Shown here piece by piece: positions 1 through 9,579 of a DNA stretch of 64,000 nucleotides. Source of the DNA: Bdellovibrionales bacterium. Its GTDB lineage: Bacteria; Bdellovibrionota; Bdellovibrionia; Bdellovibrionales; UBA1609. Positions within the stretch are counted from its first letter, which is position 1. Each line of letters begins with the position of its first letter. The notes beneath the pieces are model-generated. The model did no database searches, was not told the DNA's origin, and worked only from the letters and a program-made list of their open reading frames with translations. A program made the position numbers and the translations under genes. The stretch is from NCBI GenBank assembly GCA_041690295.1, contig JAWLHR010000002.1, positions 160,001 to 224,000 of the forward strand. Reading direction: 5' to 3'.

Positions 1-1
1 C

Positions 2-112
2 TGCTTTGCCATTTACCAATCGTTCGCCAAACAAATCACCGGCGGGCTTGTGGCTGATGTGATTTCCATTTTAGGCAGTATGAATATCATCGCCGGGGAA
101 TTGGAGCGCTAA
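2..112 (+). CDS. nuoD: NADH-quinone oxidoreductase subunit D (or fused CD), C-terminal fragment at window edge
   Basis: Translates as CFAIYQSFAKQITGGLVADVISILGSMNIIAGELER*, a NuoD-type C-terminus; TAATG overlap with nuoE. Confidence 0.85.
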   Translation, partial: CFAIYQSFAKQITGGLVADVISILGSMNIIAGELER

Positions 113-585
113 TGTTTACTTTGTCGCCTGAAGGTCAGGAATTCGTAAAAAAAGAGCTTAAACGCTATGAAACGCCCTATTCGGCGATCATCCCGGCGCT
201 TTATCGCGTGCAAAAGGAACATGGCTGGGTACCGCCCGAGGCCGTGGATTATTTAAGCGAGCTGATGCAACTGCCGGCCGCCCATATTAAAGAAGTTCTG
301 TCGTTCTACACGATGTTCAACAAAAAGCCCGTCGGTCATTTGCACGTTCAGGTCTGCACCAATATTTCGTGTTCAATGAACGGCGGTCGCGAGTTGGCGG
401 ACGCTTTATGTAAGGCGTTTAAGGTCAACTACGACGAAATCAGCCCTGATAAGAAAATCACCATCTCCAGGGTGGAATGCCTGGGTTCATGTGGAACCGC
501 GCCGATGATGCAGGTGAATGATAAGTATTATGAAAACCTGACACCTGAAACGGCCATTCAAAAGCTCAAAGAGCTGGGGGCCTGA
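112..585 (+). CDS. nuoE: NADH-quinone oxidoreductase subunit E
   Basis: 2Fe-2S ligands CTNISC...ECLGSC, FYTMF motif, nuo context. Confidence 0.95.
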   Translation: MFTLSPEGQEFVKKELKRYETPYSAIIPALYRVQKEHGWVPPEAVDYLSELMQLPAAHIKEVLSFYTMFNKKPVGHLHVQVCTNISCSMNGGRELADALCKAFKVNYDEISPDKKITISRVECLGSCGTAPMMQVNDKYYENLTPETAIQKLKELGA

Positions 586-590
586 GAATC

Positions 591-1868
591 ATGCAAACGA
601 AACTTCTCACTGAACATTACGACAAGCCGGAATTTCAGACTCTGGAAGGCTACAAAAAATACGGGGGCTATTCCGTTCTTCCCAAGGCCTTGAAGATGGA
701 TCCCAAAGCCATCATCGAGGAAGTTAAAGCTTCGGGGCTTCGCGGCCGCGGTGGCGCGGGATTTCCGACTGGCACCAAATGGAGTTTCTTGCCGGCGAAC
801 GGCGAACCTCGCTATCTGCTTTGCAATGCGGACGAAGGCGAGCCCGGGACATTCAAAGACCGCTTGATGATGGAGCGGGCGCCGCACCAGTTGATCGAAG
901 GCATGCTGATCTCCGCCTTCGCGATCGGTTCGAAAAAATCCTACATCTACATTCGCGGTGAATACAATTATCCCACCGAGTGCGTGCGTAAGGCGATCGA
1001 TGAGGCTTACAAGGCCGGTTATCTGGGAAAAAACATTCTTGGTTCGGGTTTTGACCACGATATGGACGTTTACTCCGGAGCGGGTGCGTACATTTGTGGT
1101 GAGGAAACGGGAATGATTTCCTCGCTCGAAGGTTTGAAGGGTCAGCCCAAACTGAAACCTCCGTTTCCGGCCGTTCAGGGTTACTTGCGTAAACCCACCA
1201 TCGTGAACAATGTGGAAACGTTGGCGGCGGTGAAATACATCATCCGCGACGGAGCGGCGGCTTATCGTAAATATGGAACCGAAAAATCACCGGGGACCAA
1301 ATTGTTCTCGGTGAGTGGCAATGTGATGAAACCCGGAAACTATGAAGTCCCGCTCGGAACTCCGCTCAAAGACATTATCTTCGATCTTTGCGGGGGATTG
1401 AAACCCGGTCGCAAGTTGAAAGCCGTGATTCCCGGTGGTTCCAGCGCGCCGGTATTGACTGCGGACGAGGCCATGCGCGCCACCATGGATTACGAATGTC
1501 TCGCGCAAATGGGTTCCATGTTGGGTTCGGGCGCGATCATTGTCATTGATGACTCCAACAGCATGGTCGATCTCCTTGATGTGATCATGCATTTCTACCA
1601 TCACGAATCCTGCGGTCAGTGCACGCCCTGCCGCGAAGGTACCGGCTGGCTTTCGAAAATCGTTCATCGCATCCACCATGGACGCGCGGAAGCCAAGGAC
1701 TTGGATCTGATCAAGAAAGTTTCGGAACAAATGATGGGCAAAACGATCTGCGCGCTGTCTGACGCCGCGGCCATGCCCGCCATTTCATTTGTGACGAAGT
1801 TCCGCGACGAATTCGAGCGGCATATCGAGAGAAATCCGTCGCGCACGCAAGAGGAAGCTCATGCCTAA
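591..1868 (+). CDS. nuoF: NADH-quinone oxidoreductase subunit F
   Basis: GLRGRGGAGFPTG, NADEGEPGTFKDR, YICGEET, ESCGQCTPCREG motifs. Confidence 0.97.
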   Translation: MQTKLLTEHYDKPEFQTLEGYKKYGGYSVLPKALKMDPKAIIEEVKASGLRGRGGAGFPTGTKWSFLPANGEPRYLLCNADEGEPGTFKDRLMMERAPHQLIEGMLISAFAIGSKKSYIYIRGEYNYPTECVRKAIDEAYKAGYLGKNILGSGFDHDMDVYSGAGAYICGEETGMISSLEGLKGQPKLKPPFPAVQGYLRKPTIVNNVETLAAVKYIIRDGAAAYRKYGTEKSPGTKLFSVSGNVMKPGNYEVPLGTPLKDIIFDLCGGLKPGRKLKAVIPGGSSAPVLTADEAMRATMDYECLAQMGSMLGSGAIIVIDDSNSMVDLLDVIMHFYHHESCGQCTPCREGTGWLSKIVHRIHHGRAEAKDLDLIKKVSEQMMGKTICALSDAAAMPAISFVTKFRDEFERHIERNPSRTQEEAHA

Positions 1869-3417
1869 AATCAAGATCAACGGCAAAGAATACGAAGTTC
1901 CACAGGGCTCAACCGTGATGCAGGCCTTTCATGAGGCCGGAATCAGCATAGCGCACTATTGCTGGCACCCGGGCCTGAGCGTGGCCGGCGTCTGCCGCCT
2001 CTGCATGGTGCAAATCGAAGGCATGCCCAAGCTGCAAATCGCCTGTAACACCGAAGTCAAAGACGGCATGGTGATCAACAACACATCCGATGTGGTGAAA
2101 GAAACGGTGAAATGGATTTTGGATTTTCACCTGATCAATCATCCGCTGGATTGCCCGATTTGCGACCAAGCGGGAGAGTGCGGCTTACAAGATCACTATA
2201 TGGAGTTCGGCGCGTACAATCCCGAGATGGCCGAGGATAAAGTCAAAAAGTCCAAAGTGGTCGATTTGGGTCCAACGGTGGTTTTGGATTCCGAACGTTG
2301 CATCTTGTGCGCGCGCTGTGTTCGCTTCACCGACGAAGTGTCGAAAACCCATGAATTAGGAATTTTCAATCGCGGTGATCGCAGTGAAATCGGCATTGTT
2401 GATGGTAAGCCGCTCAATAACAACTACTCATTGAACACGGTTGATATCTGTCCGGTGGGCGCGTTGACCTCCAAGGACTTCCGTTTCCGCCAGCGTGTTT
2501 GGTACCTCAAAGAGGCCGATTCGATCTGCCCCGGATGCTCAACCGGATGTAACGTGAAGGTCCATTACAACGAGGAAGGTCTCTGGCGGATCAAGCCTCG
2601 GGTGAATATGGAAGTGAACGGCCATTGGATGTGCGATGTGGGCCGTAGCACCTATAAGTATGTGAACATCAAAAACCGTTTGCTTAGCGGACGGGTGGGC
2701 CGTCGCGATTCGTGGAAAGAAATGTCTCCCGCCTCGACCGCGCGCATGGCGGGACTGAAGCTCAAAGAAATCGTCGAGGCCCATGGGCCGGATTCAGTGG
2801 CGTTGGTGCTGACCGGACAATATACCAATGAAGAGTACAAAGACCTTCTGGTGTATTTCGTGACCGGATTGAAATCCAAGAACGTTTATCACTGGATCAA
2901 TAACCCTGAAAAAATAAACGACTTCGACGGACTTCTCTTCCGCGGCGATCGCAACCCGAACACCAAGGGTGTGGAAGCGGCTCTCAAACGCGCGGGCGTA
3001 CAGGGCAAATGGGAAGACCTGCAGGCGGCGCTCTCTGGCGGAAAAATCAAAGCCGTGGTTGTGGCCGGGCCTGAGGACCAAAGCGTGTTTCCGGACATGG
3101 AAGAAAAGCACGCCATGTTCTCGCAGGCCGAAAATCTGATCTGGTTCACGGCTTGTCCGTCGGCCGTGCTTGAGAAATCCGGCTGCGAAACTTTTCAGAT
3201 TCCAGTAAAAACCCATGCGGAAAAAGCGGGAACATTCACCAATTATCAAGGTCGGGAACAGAAATTTCCGCTCGTGACCACCATCGTGCCGCAAGCGCTG
3301 ACATTGTCCGAAGTCGCCGAAATATTCAGTGGCAAGGAATTGAACTGGAATTTGCGGCCGAAGAGCTTGGGTGGCACTAAAAACAACTACGCCACGACCG
3401 AACGGGGTGCGCTATGA
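1861..3417 (+). CDS. nuoG: NADH-quinone oxidoreductase subunit G (short form, 518 aa)
   Basis: CWHPGLSVAGVCRLC, HPLDCPICDQAGEC, RCILCARC, CPVGAL, CPGCSTGC Fe-S motifs. Confidence 0.93.
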   Translation: MPKIKINGKEYEVPQGSTVMQAFHEAGISIAHYCWHPGLSVAGVCRLCMVQIEGMPKLQIACNTEVKDGMVINNTSDVVKETVKWILDFHLINHPLDCPICDQAGECGLQDHYMEFGAYNPEMAEDKVKKSKVVDLGPTVVLDSERCILCARCVRFTDEVSKTHELGIFNRGDRSEIGIVDGKPLNNNYSLNTVDICPVGALTSKDFRFRQRVWYLKEADSICPGCSTGCNVKVHYNEEGLWRIKPRVNMEVNGHWMCDVGRSTYKYVNIKNRLLSGRVGRRDSWKEMSPASTARMAGLKLKEIVEAHGPDSVALVLTGQYTNEEYKDLLVYFVTGLKSKNVYHWINNPEKINDFDGLLFRGDRNPNTKGVEAALKRAGVQGKWEDLQAALSGGKIKAVVVAGPEDQSVFPDMEEKHAMFSQAENLIWFTACPSAVLEKSGCETFQIPVKTHAEKAGTFTNYQGREQKFPLVTTIVPQALTLSEVAEIFSGKELNWNLRPKSLGGTKNNYATTERGAL

Positions 3418-3938
3418 GTCTCGTGAAACGTCCAAGTCCGGTGGCCGCCTGGTATTTGCCCGGCATTCTCGCGGGAATGTGGTTCACCTTACGGAAAATG
3501 TTCTACAACCTCTTCAACCGCAAAAAGATGCCGACGCTCAATTATCCCGAGGAGAAGTACGAGTATTCGCCCCGGTTTAAAGGCAATCACATCTTAACGG
3601 TGAAAAAAGACGGCAGCATCCGCTGTACGGCGTGCATGCTCTGCGCGACCAATTGTCCCGCTCAATGTATCAAGATTATCGCGGCGGAGCATGATGACCC
3701 GACGGTTGAAAAATATCCGATTTCCTATGAGATCGACGTTCTCCGCTGTGTTTATTGCGGTTTCTGCGAGGAAGCCTGCCCGGTGGATGCGATCCGCATG
3801 GGACCGGAATGGCAAGCCGCTGGTTTGAACGGCTCCAAGTTCACCTACGACATTCAACAATTGGCCTACAGACCGCAACTCAAAGGCGGAATCCAGAGCG
3901 TTCTCGACGACACCGAACGCCACCGCGCCGGCATTTAG
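3414..3938 (+). CDS. nuoI: NADH-quinone oxidoreductase subunit I
   Basis: YPEEK motif and two CxxCxxCxxxCP 4Fe-4S motifs. Confidence 0.93.
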   Translation: MSLVKRPSPVAAWYLPGILAGMWFTLRKMFYNLFNRKKMPTLNYPEEKYEYSPRFKGNHILTVKKDGSIRCTACMLCATNCPAQCIKIIAAEHDDPTVEKYPISYEIDVLRCVYCGFCEEACPVDAIRMGPEWQAAGLNGSKFTYDIQQLAYRPQLKGGIQSVLDDTERHRAGI

Positions 3939-4355
3939 TAGGCCGTTCCAAATCAGGATGCATAGCAGCTTTTCTTGATCCTGTCCGCCCCTCACCCTGA
4001 AATGGAATCGGGGAAAAGGGGATGTCGATGAAGCAAATCAGAGCGGGCATCGCCAATGCGGTGACTGCGATTTGCGATCCCCATAACTTCGACCATGACG
4101 AACGCCCGCTCAGTTATTTCCGGCACCCGTCAACGTTAGAGCGGGTTACGAAAATCCTGCTCGTGAATCCCACCATCCGCGAACGGTTGGCGTGCCGAAA
4201 ACAACCGGCCTTTCCCTATTGCGGAGAATGAGGTGCTCTTGAATAGAGCTCTTTCCAAGGGTTCCGGTGAGTTCCCTTTGAGGTCAGCCTGTGTTTCGCG
4301 CGGGGCAACGGGGCCTGATGAGTTCGCCTGATGGCATATAGATTAAATTTATTTA

Positions 4356-4398
4356 TTCCGAATCGGAAGTCACTCACGGCGCTATTCCAAACGGAAGT
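4356..4398. repeat. Two tandem copies of a small palindrome (TTCCGAATCGGAAGT / TTCCAAACGGAAGT)
   Basis: Read directly; the same 15-mer occurs in the terminator at 13613-13627. Confidence 0.55.
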
Positions 4399-4453
4399 CA
4401 CGGCGAGCAAAAGTGAAGATCGGAAACCACGTGAGTCGAATCAGCCCGCGACC

Positions 4454-5764
4454 TCACTCCGCTCGCACTTGGCGGCCGATGCCGTAGTATTCGACGCCGG
4501 CGGATTTCATCTTGGCGGGGTCGAAAAGGTTACGGCCGTCAAACACAAGGGGTTGCTTCATTTTTGATTTCAGTGAGGTCCAATCCGCCGAGCGGAATTC
4601 CGGCCACTCGGTCACTATCAAGAGCGCATCCGCGCCTTCAATCGCCGTCACCGCTGAATCGCAGGCTTCAAAGGGAACACGACTCGACTCAATCGCGTTT
4701 TGCGTCGCCACCGGATCAAACGCGCGCACCTTGGCGCCGTTTAGGAACAGCTCTTCCATGATTTTCAAAGAGGGCGCCCGGCGCACGTCATCGGTTCGCG
4801 GCTTGAAGGCCAGTCCCCACAAGGCGATCGTGCGGCCTTTCAATGAGCCCAGGCGATCCATCAACCGATTGGTCAAAATGGTTTTTTGCCGCTCATTCAC
4901 GTCATCGACAGCGCGCAGGAGTTTCAGTTCCAAATCATTGGCTTTTCCGGTGTGCAAGAGCGCGCGCACATCTTTAGGGAAACACGAACCGCCGTAACCG
5001 ATCCCAGGATTGAAAAAGGAAGGGTTGATGCGGTTATCTGACGTGAAGCCGGCTTTCACTTCCTCGATATCAGCGCCGAGCTTATCGGCGAGCAGGGCCA
5101 GTTCGTTGATAAATGAAATCTTCAATGCCAAAAACGAGTTGGCGGCGTATTTCGTCATTTCCGCCGAGACATTAGCCATGAACAAAATGGGCTTTCGGCC
5201 GTTACGGGAAACGAAAGGCTCATAAAGTTCCTGCATCAGATGTTTGGCTTTTTCACTTTGGCAACCGATCACTACCCTGTCGGGCTTTAAGAAATCCTCA
5301 AGGGCGGCTCCTTGGCGCAAAAATTCCGGATTGTTGATGATCTCGATCGGATGGGCGCAGTGTTCCTTGCAGAACGCGGCTGCTCGTCTGGCGGTGCCCA
5401 CCGGAACCGTGCTCTTTAACACCACGTATTTCGGTTCCGTCGCGGCCTTACAAATCTCACCCAAAGCCTTGAACGTGGGCTCCATATCGGCCGAACCGTC
5501 GGTCAGTTCCGGCGTTCCAACAGCGATAAAAATTATCGGCGCCCGTTCAACGGCCTCTTTCACATTCATCGTGAAAGACATACGTTTGCGATTCAATGTG
5601 AACAGATCGTCCAATCCAGGCTCATAAAAGGGGACCTTACCATCGAGAAGTGAGTTGATTTTGCTCTCATTGGAATCAACGCAAATCACTTCATGACCGG
5701 CGTCGGCGAAGCAGACTCCCGCCACCAGCCCCACATATCCGGTACCCAAAATGGCGATATTCAT
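4454..5764 (-). CDS. ugd: UDP-glucose 6-dehydrogenase
   Basis: MNIAILGTGYVG Rossmann start behind an AGGAG RBS; NPEFLRQG, GYGGSCFPKD, GLAFKPRTDD. Confidence 0.93.
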   Translation of the reverse strand: MNIAILGTGYVGLVAGVCFADAGHEVICVDSNESKINSLLDGKVPFYEPGLDDLFTLNRKRMSFTMNVKEAVERAPIIFIAVGTPELTDGSADMEPTFKALGEICKAATEPKYVVLKSTVPVGTARRAAAFCKEHCAHPIEIINNPEFLRQGAALEDFLKPDRVVIGCQSEKAKHLMQELYEPFVSRNGRKPILFMANVSAEMTKYAANSFLALKISFINELALLADKLGADIEEVKAGFTSDNRINPSFFNPGIGYGGSCFPKDVRALLHTGKANDLELKLLRAVDDVNERQKTILTNRLMDRLGSLKGRTIALWGLAFKPRTDDVRRAPSLKIMEELFLNGAKVRAFDPVATQNAIESSRVPFEACDSAVTAIEGADALLIVTEWPEFRSADWTSLKSKMKQPLVFDGRNLFDPAKMKSAGVEYYGIGRQVRAE

Positions 5765-5831
5765 CAGAAATCTCCTTTGGCTTTGGACAGGCTGCCAAAT
5801 TAACGGTAATTTGGTCCCAAGTAAAAGCGAT

Positions 5832-6833
5832 ATGGCGTCAAAAACCAAGGAATTTATTAAAGTTGGCTTAAAGATCGCGATAGCGGCGGCCCTGGTGACC
5901 TTTATGGTTAAGTCCGGCCATCTCGATCTAAAAGGCCTCTGGCAGCTCATGACGCCCATGAATATCGCCCTGGCTTTGACCCTTTGCGGCCTTAACGTGG
6001 CGATGGCGGCCTGGCGTTGGATTTTGCTCCTAAAAGCGCGCGGTTTTCAAATTGGATTCGGCTACGGCTTTTCCCTTTATCTGATCGGACTCTTTTTCAA
6101 CCATGCCCTGCCTGGGGCGGTCGGGGGCGATCTGATCCGGGGCTACTATCTGGTGGTCGATAATCCCGAGCGCAAGGTGGATTCCGTCTTATCGATCATT
6201 ATCGATCGCGTGCTCGGGCTTTACTCGTTTTTTCTGTTGAGTCTCATCGCGGTGGCTTTTGATTTCCAATTCGTGATCGCCAACGAGAAGATCCGCTTGG
6301 TGGCTCTTCTTTGTTTCATAATCTTTGTCGGATTGACCATCTTATTCACCATCACGTTTTCGAAACGCCTCACCAAGGCTTCGGGGCTTCATTTTTTCAT
6401 GAGCCGGATTTCCGCGTTGAATAAATTGGTGGAAGCCTTCCAACGTTTCGGGCGGGATCGCAAAGTGATCGCCGCCTCGGTGTTGGTCAGTGTTCTGGCG
6501 CAGCTGATTACAATGCTGTTTTTCTATCAGGTGGGAATCGTAACGGGTGAAACCGGAATGACCTGGAAAGCGGTGATGTTCGCCGTGCCCATGGGATTTG
6601 TGGTCACGGCGGTCCCGATTTCTCCCGCTGGTATCGGTGTGGGGCAGGTGGCCTTTCACTATCTTTTTCAGATTTATCTTGATAAGCCGACTTCCGTGGG
6701 ATCAATGGCCATAACGGCTTTTCAGCTTTGTCTCGCCGCCTGGGCCCTTTTAGGCGCGTTCTTCTATTTGCGCCGGGGTAAACCCCGAGAGCTTTCCGCG
6801 GTCGGTGCGGCCATGGAAAGCTCGGCTTCATGA
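5832..6833 (+). CDS. Lysylphosphatidylglycerol synthase TM-domain / UPF0104 flippase-like membrane protein
   Basis: AWRW, GLFFNHALPGAVGGD, IDRVLG, PISPAGIG motifs; multiple TM segments. Confidence 0.85.
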   Translation: MASKTKEFIKVGLKIAIAAALVTFMVKSGHLDLKGLWQLMTPMNIALALTLCGLNVAMAAWRWILLLKARGFQIGFGYGFSLYLIGLFFNHALPGAVGGDLIRGYYLVVDNPERKVDSVLSIIIDRVLGLYSFFLLSLIAVAFDFQFVIANEKIRLVALLCFIIFVGLTILFTITFSKRLTKASGLHFFMSRISALNKLVEAFQRFGRDRKVIAASVLVSVLAQLITMLFFYQVGIVTGETGMTWKAVMFAVPMGFVVTAVPISPAGIGVGQVAFHYLFQIYLDKPTSVGSMAITAFQLCLAAWALLGAFFYLRRGKPRELSAVGAAMESSAS

Positions 6834-7426
6834 CACTTAAAGAACGAATCCTCGTACTTAAGGTTTTCAAGCACGGCGAAGCGGATTTGATCGTGCACGG
6901 GTTGAATCCATTGGGCGCGCGCATGAACTTTTTCGCCCGAGGAGCCGCGAAGAGCCGCAAACGCTTTGCCGGTGGGATTTTGGAACCCACCCATTATCTT
7001 GAGGTGACCTATCGCCAAAGCACCCGGCAGGATGAAGATCCTTTGCACTCACTGCTCGAGGCGCAGTTGATTCGCGAATTCCCTAAGCTGCGCAGTGATT
7101 ATGAGCGCCTGGATGTGGCCTTGCACTTGTGCAAGATCGTGCACAAGCTCAGCCGGCAGGGCGTGGTGGATTCGCCGGAACTGTTTAACCTTCTTGGCAA
7201 TGCGCTGGCCGCGGCCGAGGTGAGCCGGGATCTTCCCAAACTGAAATCGCACTTCGAACTCAAACTTTTGGCCACGCAAGGCGTTTTACCGGACGAGCCG
7301 CAGTTTCAACCATGGCTGGCGGCAAGTCTTGCGCAGCATGAACAAATCCACATGAATGGCGAGGAACGGCGCCGGGTGGAGCAGCAGGTTCATGAGCATC
7401 TTCGCCAGTATTTGGGCTTGCTCTAA
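6830..7426 (+). CDS. recO: DNA repair protein RecO
   Basis: GEADLIV..., ARGAAKSRKRFAGGILEP, FELKLL patterns. Confidence 0.85.
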   Translation: MTLKERILVLKVFKHGEADLIVHGLNPLGARMNFFARGAAKSRKRFAGGILEPTHYLEVTYRQSTRQDEDPLHSLLEAQLIREFPKLRSDYERLDVALHLCKIVHKLSRQGVVDSPELFNLLGNALAAAEVSRDLPKLKSHFELKLLATQGVLPDEPQFQPWLAASLAQHEQIHMNGEERRRVEQQVHEHLRQYLGLL

Positions 7427-9492
7427 AAATTCGTCGTGAATGTCGCGGTCGTCATGATCGTGTACTTGCTGTACTCGTAGGACGCTTCTTCAGTGGAATC
7501 ATTTTTGGTGTAACTGGCGGTAACGCCCCAGCTGACCCATTCACGTATGGGTTTATCCACACCGGTTGTGATGGTTATGTTGAAGTCTTTTCGGCTGTCA
7601 TCGGAGTCGGCGTAGTTCAAGTCATAAGCCGACAGACCGAAGTTCCATGAATAACCCCATTTCATCGGGCGGATATAAGTGGCCCCGATATCGATACGAT
7701 TGAACTTCTTGTTCTTTCCGCTGGCATTGTTCATGGTGTAGCCGAGGTTCGCCACCAAAGCTTCTTTTCGCGCTTTATCCATGTAAAAGCTCTGCGTGGT
7801 CTTGAGCGTGTATTTCATCGCATCGTAGTTGTTATCGCCCACGGAATCGCCCAATTCGAAGTCGTCCCGGCGCACTTCCAGTGAATAAATGGCGAACCAG
7901 TTGTTCCGCATGACGAACAGGTTATCAAAACTCACCAACTGCGAAGCCAAAGTGCGCGACTTGGTCCCTTCCTTATTCGCATCCATGAACAGGAGTTCGT
8001 AGGCCGGTTTCACGGTGAAAACGTAGCCTTTGCCCCAGACCACGGTCTTATAGCTGTACGGAGCGTTGAAATTGTAGAGAAAGGGGTCGGCGTGGGCGAC
8101 CTCGGATTTCGAAGAGTTGGTGAGGCTGGCCGTGCCTTTCAATGAAAATTCATGGTGTTGATTGTAGACCGCGCGGTAAGTGAGATCGCCGACCGTGATC
8201 AGACGGGCGTCGGCCTCTTTGGTGGCCGTGGAGCTGACGGTATCAGGCGTCAGCAAAACGTTCGAGTCGTAACTCAATCCCAGAACGCCGTTGGCGGTCC
8301 AACGCTTTTCCTGGAGTTTCTTGAACATCAGAGCTTGCGCGATCCGATCCAGATATTCTTCCGCCTGTTGATCCATGCGGGCGTCGCGGGATGTATCGAT
8401 CACGCGTTCAAAACTCTTCTTCGCCGCCTCGAAATCGGATTGCGAATACTGAACCACTCCCAAATAAAAGGCGGCTGAAGGACCCATTATGGGGTCGCTG
8501 GATTCAGCGGCCTTGGCCAGCGCGGCCCGTGCGTTATCCAGCTCGTTCAAGCGGTAATGGGTCAAGCCGATGAAATATTGCCGTTCGGTTTCGAGCTTTG
8601 GTTCCACGGTCGCCAGCTTCAGGATCACCAAAGCTTCATTGAACTTGTTTCTCCGATAAAGCGTCACGCCGTAACGGAAATAAAAAGTTTTGTTTTCAGG
8701 ATCGAGTTCAACGGCTTCGCGAAACTTGGCTTCGGCTTTTTCGAATTCACCTTGCGTGTAAAAAGCCATGGCCGCATCGGCCGCCGCCACCGCTTTTCTC
8801 CGCCGGGCCGCGCGTTCACGCTCGGAAGCTAATTTGGCTTGGCGCGCGCGTTCCTCGGCTTTTTGACGCTCGATTTGCTCCAGGCGAATGCGCTCGGCCT
8901 CCCGTTCGGCGGCCTCGATGGCCAATTTCGCCAATGCGGCTTTATGGGCGGCATCCTGTGCGGCCGCCACGGCGTCTTTGTCGGGGACTTGCTTCAGCAG
9001 TTTTTGTTTTTTGGCTTCCGCTTCAAGCCGCTGCTTTTCCTGATAGGCTTTGAGCGCGGCTTCGGCCTGTTCTTTGGTGTCATAGACATCAATCAGCGCG
9101 CGCCCACTGGGATCCTTTTTGATGATCAGGGGTTTGCGGGGAAGCTGCTTACTTTGAATCAGCTGGTGGACTTTTCTGTAGTCCTTTTCCGAGCGAAGGT
9201 GCTTGGGCGGAATATAAACCTCAGGCTGCAAAGGCTGGCCGCCGAGGCTCACACTGAACTGACCGGTGAAGTTTGAAGAATCCGGTTCCGTCTCCTCCAG
9301 CTGGATCTGAACGATTTTTCCAGTGGATTTATCCTTCACGACCATGAAGGCGGAATCGATCTTGCGGCTGTCCGTATTCCAAGATGGTGATCCATAATTA
9401 ATGTTGATCGGGTGATGATCGACGAGAATTTTCTCGTTTGCCCCTGCGGAAGGGGAAAACGCACCTAGCCAGAATGCGAGAAGAATAACCAA
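7423..9492 (-). CDS. Secreted coiled-coil/TPR protein with a predicted C-terminal outer-membrane beta-barrel
   Basis: Signal peptide, Ala/Glu/Lys/Arg coiled coil, TPR-like repeats (AVELDPEN, AAFYLG), YDSNV barrel start, terminal Phe. Confidence 0.75.
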   Translation of the reverse strand: MVILLAFWLGAFSPSAGANEKILVDHHPININYGSPSWNTDSRKIDSAFMVVKDKSTGKIVQIQLEETEPDSSNFTGQFSVSLGGQPLQPEVYIPPKHLRSEKDYRKVHQLIQSKQLPRKPLIIKKDPSGRALIDVYDTKEQAEAALKAYQEKQRLEAEAKKQKLLKQVPDKDAVAAAQDAAHKAALAKLAIEAAEREAERIRLEQIERQKAEERARQAKLASERERAARRRKAVAAADAAMAFYTQGEFEKAEAKFREAVELDPENKTFYFRYGVTLYRRNKFNEALVILKLATVEPKLETERQYFIGLTHYRLNELDNARAALAKAAESSDPIMGPSAAFYLGVVQYSQSDFEAAKKSFERVIDTSRDARMDQQAEEYLDRIAQALMFKKLQEKRWTANGVLGLSYDSNVLLTPDTVSSTATKEADARLITVGDLTYRAVYNQHHEFSLKGTASLTNSSKSEVAHADPFLYNFNAPYSYKTVVWGKGYVFTVKPAYELLFMDANKEGTKSRTLASQLVSFDNLFVMRNNWFAIYSLEVRRDDFELGDSVGDNNYDAMKYTLKTTQSFYMDKARKEALVANLGYTMNNASGKNKKFNRIDIGATYIRPMKWGYSWNFGLSAYDLNYADSDDSRKDFNITITTGVDKPIREWVSWGVTASYTKNDSTEEASYEYSKYTIMTTATFTTNF

Positions 9493-9579
9493 GATGTCGA
9501 CTCCTTAGCGCGCTCAAAAAATTGATTCTCTACCGAATAGGATAGCCAATTCCGACACAGCAAGGAACGGTTTTATTCC

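Noticed and set aside
4310..4345. Hammerhead ribozyme (CTGATGAG)
   Set aside because: No correctly placed GAAA or stem III/cleavage triplet could be built
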